From Flavobacterium sp. (lineage in GTDB: Bacteria > Bacteroidota > Bacteroidia > Flavobacteriales > Flavobacteriaceae), in the NCBI RefSeq assembly GCF_035299245.1, contig NZ_DATGWY010000019.1, positions 42,363 through 106,362 of the forward strand: a stretch of 64,000 bases of DNA, written 5' to 3'. The translations under genes were made by a program, and so were the position numbers. This document shows positions 20,777 to 32,652 of the stretch, one piece after another (within the stretch, counting starts at the first letter, position 1; each line of letters begins with the position of its first letter). The notes under the pieces were generated by a model that searched no databases, was not told the DNA's origin, and saw only the letters and a list, made by a program, of their open reading frames with translations.

Positions 20777-20780
20777 TTAA

Positions 20781-21335
20781 TTATTGTTTTTTTTCTGGTT
20801 CAAAATTAGTTAATGTTACAGTGCAAATAAGTGGCTCATTAGTGCCAATTTTATCATTATCGCCGTGGTAACCATAGGCCATGTGAGAAGGAAAAAGGAA
20901 AGTGACTTTTTCTGTTTTCTTCATCAGTTTGATTCCGTGTCGTAAACCCATCATTATGTTTTGTTTATCTACTAAATAGGTTTGTGGTTTTAAATCGGCT
21001 TCAGAATAAATTACATTGCCATTTAAGTCTTTTACATCGTAAATAAAATAAGCAACATCGCCTTTTTTTGGACGAATGGTATCCGTATCATTTTTGATCT
21101 CATAATGATACCAATAGCCTTTTTGAGAAGCTAAGTACTTAATTTTTGGATTACTTTTGATGATGGAATCAATTTTTCCCTCTTCGCCTTTGATGAGTTT
21201 TTTGTTGCGTTCAGCCGATTCCTTCAAGAAAGTTCCCGATGAATGTGAAATCGGTTTCCGAGCTTGTGGTTCTTTACAACTTACTAGATTCAGTAGTAAA
21301 GAAAAGAGTAAAAGGATGTAGGTTATTTTTTTCAT
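20781..21335 (-). CDS. gldI: Gliding motility lipoprotein PPIase GldI
   Basis: Lipobox LVSC followed by ARKPI, FKBP-like region, FPSHMAYGYHGD; adjacent to a DHH gene and PPIases. Confidence 0.88.
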   Translation of the reverse strand: MKKITYILLLFSLLLNLVSCKEPQARKPISHSSGTFLKESAERNKKLIKGEEGKIDSIIKSNPKIKYLASQKGYWYHYEIKNDTDTIRPKKGDVAYFIYDVKDLNGNVIYSEADLKPQTYLVDKQNIMMGLRHGIKLMKKTEKVTFLFPSHMAYGYHGDNDKIGTNEPLICTVTLTNFEPEKKQ

Positions 21336-22340
21336 TTAGTGGGATAGATTTTTAACTATTTTTTCAAATTTTTTGATGGTATTTTTCAACGAATCATTCG
21401 ATTTTCCTCCAGCAGCATTAATATGTCCTCCTCCATTGAAATGTTCTCTTGCAAATTGATTTACGTCAAATCCACCTTGAGAACGGAACGAAATTTTGAT
21501 GATATTTTCGTCTCTGTGCTCGATGAAGATTGCGGCAAAAATAATGCCTTTTATTGTTAGACCATAATTGACAATGCCTTCAGTGTCACCTTTTACGTAG
21601 TTAAATTCGTCTAATTCTTTTTGAGATAAAACCGTGTACGCAGTTTTTTTCTCAGGAAAAACAATCATATTTTGCAATGCTCTTCCCAATAATTGTAAAC
21701 GTTCAAACGAATTGTTGTCAAAAATTAAGGTAGGAATTTCGGTGTTTTCTATTCCCAAATCGATGAATTCAGCTACAATTCGGTGTGTGGCTCCCGTTGT
21801 TTTTGGATAACGAAATTGGCCTGAGTCGGTCATTATGCCGGTATACAAACAAGTGGCTATCGTTTTGTCAATAAGACTTTTATGATTCAAAAAACCGATA
21901 AAATTATAAATCATTTCACACGTCGAACCAAAAGCTGTATCAGAATACGTATAAGCTGCATAATTACTCGGCAGTTCGTGATGATCAATCATAATCATTG
22001 GAACGGTGAGTTTGTTCAATACGTTTTCCATTTCGCCTGTTCGGTGCAACGCATTAAAATCTAAGGTAAAAACCAATTCTGCTTCTTGAAGAACGGCACT
22101 GCTTTTTTCGCGGTCGTTTTCATAAATCAAAACGGTTTCAGACGCAGGCAACCAAGCCAAAAATTCAGGGAAATCATTAGGTGCAATTACCGTAGGTTGG
22201 TGGTTAAGTTTTAGTAAAAAATGATACAAACCCAAAGTAGAACCCATGGCGTCTCCATCGGGACTTCGGTGTGGAATAATAGCAATTTTTTTGGGCGAAG
22301 CTAATAGCTTTTGAATCGCTTGGATGTCATTTTCATTCAT
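21336..22340 (-). CDS. nrnA: DHH/DHHA1 phosphoesterase (NrnA-like oligoribonuclease/pAp phosphatase)
   Basis: HRSPDGDAMGS, IDHH, TDSGQF, SFRS, GGGHINAAGG. Start MNEND at 22340. Confidence 0.85.
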   Translation of the reverse strand: MNENDIQAIQKLLASPKKIAIIPHRSPDGDAMGSTLGLYHFLLKLNHQPTVIAPNDFPEFLAWLPASETVLIYENDREKSSAVLQEAELVFTLDFNALHRTGEMENVLNKLTVPMIMIDHHELPSNYAAYTYSDTAFGSTCEMIYNFIGFLNHKSLIDKTIATCLYTGIMTDSGQFRYPKTTGATHRIVAEFIDLGIENTEIPTLIFDNNSFERLQLLGRALQNMIVFPEKKTAYTVLSQKELDEFNYVKGDTEGIVNYGLTIKGIIFAAIFIEHRDENIIKISFRSQGGFDVNQFAREHFNGGGHINAAGGKSNDSLKNTIKKFEKIVKNLSH

Positions 22341-22365
22341 AGGCTGCGAAAATACTAAAAATCGA

Positions 22366-22393
22366 ACACAGATTACACAGATTAACACAGATT
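22366..22393. repeat. 9-nt tandem repeat (ACACAGATT x3)
   Basis: Read directly; a related reverse-complement array is at 38591-38619. Confidence 0.7.
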
Positions 22394-22461
22394 TTTATGT
22401 TTACTGTAGGTTGGGCAAATTAATGCAGATTGTTGATTTATATGTATATGAATTATATGGA

Positions 22462-22833
22462 TTATTTTGAAATATACATCCCTAACCCAATAGCTGCAAG
22501 TCCAACGATAACACTCAATCCGATGTAAGCGAAAGCCAACAATGAGTTTTGATTTTGAAAAAGTGAATAATTCTCAACTCCAAAAGTAGAAAACGTAGTG
22601 TAACCGCCACAGAAACCAGTAATTAATAACCATTTTAAGTTGGAGTTCGTAAAGTTGTTTTTTTCTAAAATTCCGATGAAAAGACCAATCAAAAAGCACC
22701 CTAAAACATTAGCAATAAAAGTGGCCAAAGGGAAATTACTTGACCAATATTTTGAAACCAAAACCGTAGTAAGGTAACGTAAAACACTTCCGATGGCGCC
22801 ACCGATGGCGATGTAAATGATGGTTTTGAGCAT
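22462..22833 (-). CDS. crcB: Fluoride efflux channel CrcB/Fluc
   Basis: GGAIGSVLRY, TFIANVLGCFLIG, GFCGGYTTFSTF. Confidence 0.95.
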   Translation of the reverse strand: MLKTIIYIAIGGAIGSVLRYLTTVLVSKYWSSNFPLATFIANVLGCFLIGLFIGILEKNNFTNSNLKWLLITGFCGGYTTFSTFGVENYSLFQNQNSLLAFAYIGLSVIVGLAAIGLGMYISK

Positions 22834-22893
22834 GTTGTAGATTTGAATTCAAATGTAATAAAATTTAATTTATTTCTGATGCAACGTGTTTTT

Positions 22894-23030
22894 CTAGCCC
22901 AGACAGTAGTGGAAATCCTTTTGCGTTGGAAGTTTGTTTTTTTCTTGGCATGGCAACGCGACCAACGAAAGCGCTTGCCATGGCTTAGAAAAAAGAACTG
23001 AAGCGCAAAAGATTGAAACGGATGGCTGGA
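22894..23030 (-). repeat. Dispersed structured element, copy B (long form)
   Basis: CTAGCCCAGACAG...GGATGGCTGGA ends with nested internal hairpins. Confidence 0.75.
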
Positions 23031-23088
23031 TGAGCTACAAAAAGAAAATAATTTCCAAAATCTAGTTTTTATTTTCAATCGAGAATAG

Positions 23089-23096
23089 TACTTTTG
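23089..23096 (+). promoter_or_regulatory. -7 promoter element directly before the guaA ATG (leaderless candidate)
   Basis: TACTTTTG ends 3 nt before the ATG at 23100. Confidence 0.65.
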
Positions 23097-23099
23097 CGC

Positions 23100-24629
23100 A
23101 TGCAACACAACGTACTTATTTTAGATTTCGGCTCGCAATACACACAACTAATTGCACGCCGCGTTCGCGAATTGAATATATTCTGCGAAATTTTTCCTTA
23201 CAACCATGTTCCCGAAGATTTATCCTCGTACAAAGCAGTAATATTAGGCGGAAGTCCGTATTCGGTGCGCGCTGAAGATGCTTTGCAAATTGATTTGTCG
23301 GCCATCAGAGGTAAATTACCTTTGCTTGCTGTGTGTTACGGTGCACAATATTTGGCGCATTTTTCAGGTGGTGAAGTTGCGGCTTCCAACATCAGAGAAT
23401 ACGGAAGAGCCAACTTGTCGTACATCAAAGAAAATGAAGTGTTTTTTGAGAATGTCAATGTCAATTCACAAGTGTGGATGAGTCACAGCGACACGATTAA
23501 ACATCTTCCTACTAATGGTGTAAAATTGGCTTCGACGCACGATGTTGAAAACGCTGCTTACAAAATTGAAGGTGAAACCACCTATGCGATTCAGTTTCAT
23601 CCTGAAGTCTATCATTCAACCGATGGAAAGCAAATGTTAGAGAATTTCTTAGTCAAAATTGCCGAAGTGCCACAGAATTTCACTCCGAATGCTTTTGTGG
23701 AAGATTGTGTGAAAGAACTAAAAGAAAAAGTAAAAGACGATAAAGTAGTTTTAGGACTTTCGGGCGGAGTTGATTCGACTGTAGCTGCCGTTTTATTGCA
23801 TAAAGCGATTGGCAAGAACTTATACTGTATCTTTGTTAACAACGGTTTATTGCGCAAAAACGAGTTTGAAAATGTATTGCACCAATACAAAGATATGGGG
23901 TTGAATGTAAAAGGTGTAGATGCTTCGGCACGCTTTTTGGGTGAACTGGCTGGAGTTGATGATCCGGAAACGAAACGAAAAATCATCGGTCGCGTGTTCA
24001 TTGAGGTTTTTGACGACGAAGCACATCAATTGACGGATGTGAAATGGTTGGCGCAAGGAACGATTTATCCGGATGTGATAGAATCCATATCGGTTAAAGG
24101 TCCGAGTGCTACTATCAAATCACACCACAATGTAGGCGGTTTGCCTGATTTTATGAAATTGCAAATTGTAGAACCACTTCGAATGTTGTTTAAAGATGAA
24201 GTGCGAAGAGTAGGAGCGACTTTAGGTATTGATGCTGAATTATTAGGTCGTCATCCGTTTCCTGGCCCAGGTTTGTCGATTCGTATTTTGGGCGATATTA
24301 CTCCAGAGAAAGTTCGCATTTTACAAGAAGTGGATGCGATTTTTATCAACGGATTAAAAACGCACGGTTTGTACGACAAAGTATGGCAAGCGGGAGCGAT
24401 TTTGCTTCCTGTGAATAGTGTAGGAGTAATGGGCGATGAGCGTACTTACGAAAAAGTAGTTGCTTTAAGAGCTGTTGAATCTACCGATGGAATGACCGCA
24501 GATTGGGTACATCTACCGTATGAGTTTTTGATGAAAATATCGAACGAAATCATCAATAAAGTAAAAGGTGTCAATAGAGTAGTGTATGATATCAGTTCAA
24601 AACCACCGGCTACGATTGAGTGGGAATAA
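23100..24629 (+). CDS. guaA: GMP synthase (glutamine-hydrolysing)
   Basis: [48 protein letters not shown]. Confidence 0.98.
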   Translation: MQHNVLILDFGSQYTQLIARRVRELNIFCEIFPYNHVPEDLSSYKAVILGGSPYSVRAEDALQIDLSAIRGKLPLLAVCYGAQYLAHFSGGEVAASNIREYGRANLSYIKENEVFFENVNVNSQVWMSHSDTIKHLPTNGVKLASTHDVENAAYKIEGETTYAIQFHPEVYHSTDGKQMLENFLVKIAEVPQNFTPNAFVEDCVKELKEKVKDDKVVLGLSGGVDSTVAAVLLHKAIGKNLYCIFVNNGLLRKNEFENVLHQYKDMGLNVKGVDASARFLGELAGVDDPETKRKIIGRVFIEVFDDEAHQLTDVKWLAQGTIYPDVIESISVKGPSATIKSHHNVGGLPDFMKLQIVEPLRMLFKDEVRRVGATLGIDAELLGRHPFPGPGLSIRILGDITPEKVRILQEVDAIFINGLKTHGLYDKVWQAGAILLPVNSVGVMGDERTYEKVVALRAVESTDGMTADWVHLPYEFLMKISNEIINKVKGVNRVVYDISSKPPATIEWE

Positions 24630-24730
24630 ATTGTAATAATAAATCTACGTAAAGAACGTTTTTTAATTACTAATTTTATACTTTTAATCCTCTTTTCGAT
24701 TCGGTTAGGCACGGTGTTTTAATGTAATAA

Positions 24731-26716
24731 ATGGTAATTATGAAACGTTTTTTTAGTATTTTCTTTCTTGTTTTTCTGCAAAGTATTTTGGCGCAACAAA
24801 CCAATCATACGGTGCAAGAAGGCGAAACCATTTCTAAAATTGCTCAAAAATACAAGGTAACTCCATTTGATATTTATAAGTTGAATCCCGATGCACAAAC
24901 GGGTGTTAAGCCCGGAATGGTCTTGGCAATTCCAAAATCAGTAGCGCAAGATGGAACCATTGAAACCAAAGCAGTTGAAGTAAAACCAGTTGTAACTAAA
25001 CCAACAGAGACAAAGCCTGCAGCAGCAACATCTTCTCAAAAAACGCATACTGTAAAAGCAAAAGAAAGTGTTTACGGAATCTCAAAGCAATACGGTATCA
25101 CCATAGACGAGTTGGAAAAAAACAATCCCATTTTAAAAGAAACCGGATTGCAACCCGGACAAGTTTTGGTTATTAAAAAAGGCGCCAACGCAGTAAAACC
25201 AGCTCCAGTTGTAAAACCTGTAGCTTCAAATTCATCTGGAATTATTACACACCAAGTACAACCCAAAGAAACCAAATACGGAATTGCTACTAAATATGGA
25301 ATTACCGTAGAGGAATTGGAACGACAAAATCCTGATGTAGTTGATAATTTGCCCATCGGATTTGTTTTGAAAATCAATAAAAACGGAAAAGCAACAACGC
25401 CTTCCGAACCTGAAAAACCAAAAGAAGTCAAACAAGTAGCCGCTAAACCACTTTTTAATTATTCGGTTAAAGACGGCGATACTTTTTACAGTTTGACTAA
25501 ATCATTAGGTTTGACACAAGAAGAGTTGACGAAGCTTAATCCTGAATTGTCGGATGGTTTGAAGGAAGGAATGATGTTGAAAGTGCCTGTTGATTTATCT
25601 AATATGAGTTCGCCTTCAAAAGCTTCGACTAATTTGGTGAATTCCATTTCAAAAAAAGACAAAAAGCATTTAGTACTATTGATTCCGTTTAATGTTTCCA
25701 AAATTGAAATGGATACTGTCAAAACGCTAAACTCTAAATTCAAAGACGATAAATTTCTCAACATGACACTCGATTTTTATTCGGGAGTGATGATGGCAAT
25801 TGATTCGGCCAAAGTGTTAGGATTGAATGTTGATGTGAGTATTTTTGATTCGGAAGAAACCAAAACAACGACTTCTGCGTTATCAACATTGCAAAATAAA
25901 GCTTCAAATGCCGATGCCGTAATTGGTCCGTTTTTTCAAGCGAATGTCGAAAAAGTTGCCCAATCACTCGAAAGTAAAAAAGTACCTGTCATTTCGCCAT
26001 TGTCCAAAGAAGTAGCCACTTCGTATGCTAATTTATATAATTCAATGCCATCAGAATATGCTCAGAAAAAAGCAATTTTTGATTATATGAATGGCAAAAA
26101 CGGAAATGTTATTGCTTTAGTCGATGCCGATAAAACCAATAGTAAAGCATTTATTTCTGAATATGAGAAAAATGTAAAATGGGTTGGGCTATCCAGTAAA
26201 GGAACTTTTGTCAGCGATAGTATCAAAAAACATTTTGTAAAAGACAGATTGAATTTTGTAGTAATGGAATCCGAAAAATACGAGACGATTCAGACCACAT
26301 TAACGGCAATTAATTCGTCTCTTAAAGAGTATTCAGCACAATTAGTGGTGTTAGAAACCAATGAGATGCTCGATTTTGAAGAAATTTCTCTCAACAGTTT
26401 GGTGAAATCAAAGCTAACCTATCCTTCGTTGTACAGAGAAAATGAATCGAATGAAGCCATTCAGTTTGAAAAAGCTTATCGTATCAAAAATAAAGTGCTT
26501 CCGAATCAATTTGCTACTCGCGGATTTGATTTAACTTTCGATACGATGCTTCGTCTCTCACAAGACAAATCATTCGAAGAGACCGTTCTAAATGCGGCTT
26601 CGGAACAAGTAGAAAGTAAATTTGATTACATAAAAAATTCAAATGGTGGTTACCTTAACAAAGGAGTTTATGTTTTAACTTATCAATCTGATTTAACAAT
26701 TAAAGAAGCACAATAA
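24731..26716 (+). CDS. LysM x4 peptidoglycan-binding protein with C-terminal periplasmic-binding-protein-like domain
   Basis: Four LysM repeats (HTVQEGET, HTVKAKES, HQVQPKET, YSVKDGDT); LLIPF..DFYSG..DS, VIGPFF. Alternative ATG at 24740. Confidence 0.85.
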   Translation: MVIMKRFFSIFFLVFLQSILAQQTNHTVQEGETISKIAQKYKVTPFDIYKLNPDAQTGVKPGMVLAIPKSVAQDGTIETKAVEVKPVVTKPTETKPAAATSSQKTHTVKAKESVYGISKQYGITIDELEKNNPILKETGLQPGQVLVIKKGANAVKPAPVVKPVASNSSGIITHQVQPKETKYGIATKYGITVEELERQNPDVVDNLPIGFVLKINKNGKATTPSEPEKPKEVKQVAAKPLFNYSVKDGDTFYSLTKSLGLTQEELTKLNPELSDGLKEGMMLKVPVDLSNMSSPSKASTNLVNSISKKDKKHLVLLIPFNVSKIEMDTVKTLNSKFKDDKFLNMTLDFYSGVMMAIDSAKVLGLNVDVSIFDSEETKTTTSALSTLQNKASNADAVIGPFFQANVEKVAQSLESKKVPVISPLSKEVATSYANLYNSMPSEYAQKKAIFDYMNGKNGNVIALVDADKTNSKAFISEYEKNVKWVGLSSKGTFVSDSIKKHFVKDRLNFVVMESEKYETIQTTLTAINSSLKEYSAQLVVLETNEMLDFEEISLNSLVKSKLTYPSLYRENESNEAIQFEKAYRIKNKVLPNQFATRGFDLTFDTMLRLSQDKSFEETVLNAASEQVESKFDYIKNSNGGYLNKGVYVLTYQSDLTIKEAQ

Positions 26717-27120
26717 TGGCTACATCAAGTATAGAATATGTAGGTGATTTACGTACGATTTGTATTCACTTACAATCAGGAACTCAAATTCTAACCGACG
26801 CACCTACCGATAATCATGGGAAAGGTGAAGCGTTTTCTCCAACCGATTTGGTCGCCACCGCATTGGGAAGTTGTATGGTTTCAATCATGGCCATTAAATC
26901 CAAAGATTTAGACGTTGATCTCAAAGATTCTACTCTTTCAATTACCAAAATCATGCAAGCTGAACCACGCAAAATCGCTAAGATTATTGTTGAATTGAAT
27001 ATGTCAACTGAAACTTCAGATAAAAATAAAACCATTTTGGAACGAAGTGCGATGACGTGTCCGGTATTACTGAGTTTGCATCCCGATATCGAGAAAGAAG
27101 TCACTTTCAATTGGAAGTAA
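26716..27120 (+). CDS. OsmC family protein
   Basis: TDAP..HGKGEAFSPTDL..ALGSCM and second Cys CPV; TAATG overlap with the upstream gene. Confidence 0.9.
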   Translation: MATSSIEYVGDLRTICIHLQSGTQILTDAPTDNHGKGEAFSPTDLVATALGSCMVSIMAIKSKDLDVDLKDSTLSITKIMQAEPRKIAKIIVELNMSTETSDKNKTILERSAMTCPVLLSLHPDIEKEVTFNWK

Positions 27121-27122
27121 TT

Positions 27123-27165
27123 AAGACCGCTTCGCTGCAAGAGTCAAGACCGCTTCGCTGCAAGA
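27123..27165. repeat. Direct repeat AAGACCGCTTCGCTGCAAGA x2 (23-nt period)
   Basis: Identical 20-mers at 27123-27142 and 27146-27165. Confidence 0.85.
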
Positions 27166-27236
27166 AGCAAGACAGCTTTGTTATAAGACATGTTGAAGTC
27201 TTTTCTCTTTCATCTTTCTTCTTTTCTCTAAAAAAA

Positions 27237-27470
27237 ATGAACGACCAACAACAACTTCTCATCAAATTAGCTCATACCAAAATGCCTTTCGGAAAATACG
27301 AAGGGCGTTTTCTTATTGATTTACCCGAATATTATTTGGTGTGGCTCAAAAACAATCATCTTCCCAAAGGTCAATTAGGAGAACAACTTCAATTGGTTTA
27401 CGAACTCAAACTAAACGGTTTGGAAGAGCTGGTTCGGAATATTAAAAAGCAATACCCAAAACCGATTTGA
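27237..27470 (+). CDS. DUF3820 family small protein
   Basis: KMPFGKYEGR.LIDLPE.YL.W motif; ATG at 27237. Confidence 0.85.
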   Translation: MNDQQQLLIKLAHTKMPFGKYEGRFLIDLPEYYLVWLKNNHLPKGQLGEQLQLVYELKLNGLEELVRNIKKQYPKPI

Positions 27471-27480
27471 AAATGTAGTA

Positions 27481-29241
<1,761 letters not shown>

Positions 29242-29313
29242 CAGGTTTTTTCCTGTTAGGTATTTAATTGAAAAAGAGAGGAGCGAATCAGTTGGCTTCA
29301 TTGTATTCCTTGT

Positions 29314-29356
29314 TCCTGCTTTCCGCTTTGCATGGCATCGCGTCAATCAGGGCTAG
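29314..29356 (+). repeat. Dispersed structured element, copy C (short form)
   Basis: TCCTGCTTTCC...CAATCAGGGCTAG. Confidence 0.75.
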
Positions 29357-29478
29357 AAGGCCAACTTTTGGGCTTCTAAAATAATAGTTCTAACCCAACT
29401 ATTCTAAAATTGAAACAAAACCGTCGCAACAGCGACATACATACAAATTGATAAAATCCCTTTTTTGGGAAGTATACT

Positions 29479-31377
29479 ATGGAACAAAAAAAATTTGACC
29501 TAAATTCAATCATCGGGTTTGCCTTGATTTTTGGTATTGTAATGTGGATGATGTACAGCAACCAAAAAACAGCCGAAAAAGAACAACTCGAAAAAGCAAA
29601 ACAAGAAAAACTTCAAAAGCAACAAAAAGCCAAAACAGTTGCTGCCAAAGAAATCGTTACTATTGCTACCGATACTTCAGTATCAGACACTGCAAAAATC
29701 AAAAAACTACAAGCTACTTTAGGAACATTTGCTTATTCAGCAACTTTACCAACGGCAAAAGAGGGTGTAACTGTACTTGAAAATGATTTAGTAAAAATTT
29801 CGGTTTCTAACAAAGGTGGAGCTATTTCAGAAGTTACACTTAAAAAATACGACAAATTCAAAAAGAATTCGGGCGAATTGGTTTCGTTAATCAAAAACAA
29901 CAACGCCAATTTTAATCTTGAATTGCAAACTTCGGATAACCGAATCTTAAACACTAAAGACTTGTTTTTTGAACCCACTTTAACCAAAGTAGGAGCAGAT
30001 CAAATTCTTTCGATGAAATTAAAATCGGGTGCTAATGAGTTCTTAGAATACAAATACGTTCTAAAACAGGATAATTATATGCTTGATTTTGATGTGCGTT
30101 CACAAGGTTTAAGTAAAGCCGTGAATACTTCAAAACCAGCTAATTTGAACTGGGATTTGAAAACCTACCGCAACGAAAAAAGTATTTCCTACGAAAATCG
30201 TTATACCGAATCAGTTTTTGAATACGAAGATGGTAAAGACGATTACACAGGTCAAGGAACTGAGAAAGAAGAAAACCCAGAAAAGGTGACTTATGTTGCC
30301 TACAAACAACACTTGTTTACTACGGTTTTATTGACTAAAACTCCATTAGAAAAGGCATCCATCAAGTCATTTGATTTAGTAAAAGACGCCAAAAAAGATA
30401 CTATTTATACCAAACAATTCAAAACGGTTGCGCCTTTAACGTTTAACAACGGCGAATTGAACTATCAAATGAATTGGTATTTTGGGCCAGCCGATTATAA
30501 ATTATTAAGCAAATACGATCGCAATCTTGATGAAATTGTTTCGTTGGGATGGGGAATTTTTGGTTGGATCAACAAATTAATTTTCGTTCCGTTATTCGGA
30601 TTCTTAAGTTCGTTCATGGGATTAGGAATTGCAATTATTCTTTTCACTATTATTATCAAATTAGCAATGTCGCCTATTACTTTCAAATCGTTTTTATCTC
30701 AAGCGAAAATGAAAGTATTACGACCTGAAATTGCAGAATTAGGAGAGAAATTCGCAAAAGACCCAATGAAGAAACAACAAGAAACCATGAAGTTGTACAG
30801 TAAAGCTGGAGTAAATCCAATGGCTGGTTGTATTCCGGCATTGATTCAAATTCCGTTCATGTATGCTTCGTTTTTGTTCTTCCCAACTTCGGTTGATTTA
30901 AGACAAAAAGGTTTCCTTTGGGCTGACGATTTATCCTCATTTGATTCGGTATTGAAATTGCCATTTAACATTCCGCTTTATGGTGACCACATCAGTTTAT
31001 TTGCTTTGTTAGCATCAATCGCCATTTTCTTCTATATGAAAATGACTTCTGGAGATCAAGCTATGGCACAACCACCACAAGAAGGCATGCCTGATATGGC
31101 TAAAATCATGAAGATAATGATTTATTTGTCGCCAATCATGATGTTAATCTTCTTTAATAATTATGGTTCAGGTTTGAGTTTATACAACTTAATTTCCAAC
31201 TTAATCACTATTGGAATCATGATTGTTATTAAGAAGTATTTTATTGATAGTGAAAAAATACACGCTCAAATTCAAGAGAACAAAGCCAAACCCAAAACTG
31301 AAAGCAAGTTCCAAAAGAAAATGAGAGAGATGATGGAGCAAGCCGAAGCTCAAAAAGCACAACAGAAGAAAAAATAA
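29479..31377 (+). CDS. yidC: Membrane protein insertase YidC
   Basis: YFGP, LGWGIFGW, KMKVLRPEI, GVNPMAGCIP, FLWADDLS, GLSLY. Confidence 0.96.
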   Translation: MEQKKFDLNSIIGFALIFGIVMWMMYSNQKTAEKEQLEKAKQEKLQKQQKAKTVAAKEIVTIATDTSVSDTAKIKKLQATLGTFAYSATLPTAKEGVTVLENDLVKISVSNKGGAISEVTLKKYDKFKKNSGELVSLIKNNNANFNLELQTSDNRILNTKDLFFEPTLTKVGADQILSMKLKSGANEFLEYKYVLKQDNYMLDFDVRSQGLSKAVNTSKPANLNWDLKTYRNEKSISYENRYTESVFEYEDGKDDYTGQGTEKEENPEKVTYVAYKQHLFTTVLLTKTPLEKASIKSFDLVKDAKKDTIYTKQFKTVAPLTFNNGELNYQMNWYFGPADYKLLSKYDRNLDEIVSLGWGIFGWINKLIFVPLFGFLSSFMGLGIAIILFTIIIKLAMSPITFKSFLSQAKMKVLRPEIAELGEKFAKDPMKKQQETMKLYSKAGVNPMAGCIPALIQIPFMYASFLFFPTSVDLRQKGFLWADDLSSFDSVLKLPFNIPLYGDHISLFALLASIAIFFYMKMTSGDQAMAQPPQEGMPDMAKIMKIMIYLSPIMMLIFFNNYGSGLSLYNLISNLITIGIMIVIKKYFIDSEKIHAQIQENKAKPKTESKFQKKMREMMEQAEAQKAQQKKK

Positions 31378-31391
31378 TTAGCAGTATAAAA

Positions 31392-31425
31392 TAAAAAGTC
31401 CCGAGTAGTTTCGGGACTTTTTTTA
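31392..31425. terminator. Bidirectional intrinsic terminator
   Basis: AAAAAGTCCCGA..TCGGGACTTTTTT. Confidence 0.8.
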
Positions 31426-31446
31426 TGGAATAAAATTATTGATTTC

Positions 31447-32418
31447 TTAATCTAAATTAGGAAGAAGAACTCTATCAACCATGTGAATCATACCGTTGTA
31501 ACACTGAATGTCTTTAGTTGTAATGTTAGACAAACGATCATTCATATCAACAATTCTGAAATTTGCAGGCGTTGATTGAATTGAAAAAGGATCACCAGCA
31601 TACGTATTTACTGTTGCTCCATCTGTAAGAGATGATGAGAATGTATTAGCGGTAATCACAAAATGATACTTCAAAACTTGAGCCAATGTACTGTTTCCAA
31701 TAGCAGCTAAATTGGGTTGATTTAATTCTACTAATAAAGAAGAAAAAGCAGTATTCATTGGAGCAATCATTGTATACGGGCCATTGTTAACACTCGACAA
31801 TTCAGCTACAAAGTCAAATTGATCATTCGAAGCTAAAGCAGAAGAAAGAGTTGATAAATTAGGATTGGCTAAAATATGATCAATAATTGTTGGCAATTTA
31901 AGAACAGCATCCACTTTGTGAATTACTCCGTTAGATGCAAAAATATTTCCATTAGTGACAGAGGCAATGCCATTAATTTCTGTTTCACCATCTACGTTTC
32001 TGAAATACATACTCAAATTAGCAGAATTTGATGCAAACCCTGTAGCTTGTGATTTTATATAGGTATTAATTGGTAAATCTTCTAGCTTGATTTTTCCAAC
32101 AATAATATGATTTAAAAGGATTTGTCTCAATACACTTGTTGGAACTTCTTCGATTGTAGCAAAATCATTTTCAGCTAAAAAGTTTTCAAAAGCAGTATCC
32201 GTTGGAGCAAATAAAGTGAATGTTTCAGTTCCGCTTAAAGTTGAACTTAAATCGGTAATTTCAATCGCTTTTTGTAATGAGTCAAACTCGTTATTGTCGG
32301 AGATTAATCCGTTCAAAGTATCCTTTTTTGCATTAGCATCATCTTCCATATCACAAGATGTAAATACACTAATACTTACAAAAAGAATAAGTAAAATTCT
32401 ATTTTTTAGTAGGTTCAT
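31447..32418 (-). CDS. Fasciclin-domain lipoprotein (2 FAS1 domains)
   Basis: Lipobox FTSC; TLFAPTDTAF, HII, NGVIHKVDAVL; second domain NGMIHMVDRVL. Confidence 0.9.
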   Translation of the reverse strand: MNLLKNRILLILFVSISVFTSCDMEDDANAKKDTLNGLISDNNEFDSLQKAIEITDLSSTLSGTETFTLFAPTDTAFENFLAENDFATIEEVPTSVLRQILLNHIIVGKIKLEDLPINTYIKSQATGFASNSANLSMYFRNVDGETEINGIASVTNGNIFASNGVIHKVDAVLKLPTIIDHILANPNLSTLSSALASNDQFDFVAELSSVNNGPYTMIAPMNTAFSSLLVELNQPNLAAIGNSTLAQVLKYHFVITANTFSSSLTDGATVNTYAGDPFSIQSTPANFRIVDMNDRLSNITTKDIQCYNGMIHMVDRVLLPNLD

Positions 32419-32652
32419 AATGAGTAGTTTTATGTTAAATAATCAATTATGAGACAAATATATAAAATAATGTGAAATACACTTAAAAGACCAATTAAAT
32501 TAACAGTATTAATCTGTCTAAAAATATTCAAAATTAATTAACTATTTTTTTGTTTTTTGCATAAAAAAAGACTCTCAAGTTAATGAGAGTCTCCCTAAAC
32601 AAACCAAATAATCAATAAACTAGGATGTGGAAATTATCCCAACTTAACTTTT

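Noticed and set aside
22790-22812. GATGGCGCC/GATGGCGATG resembling a fluoride riboswitch core
   Set aside because: It lies inside the crcB CDS and on the antisense strand.
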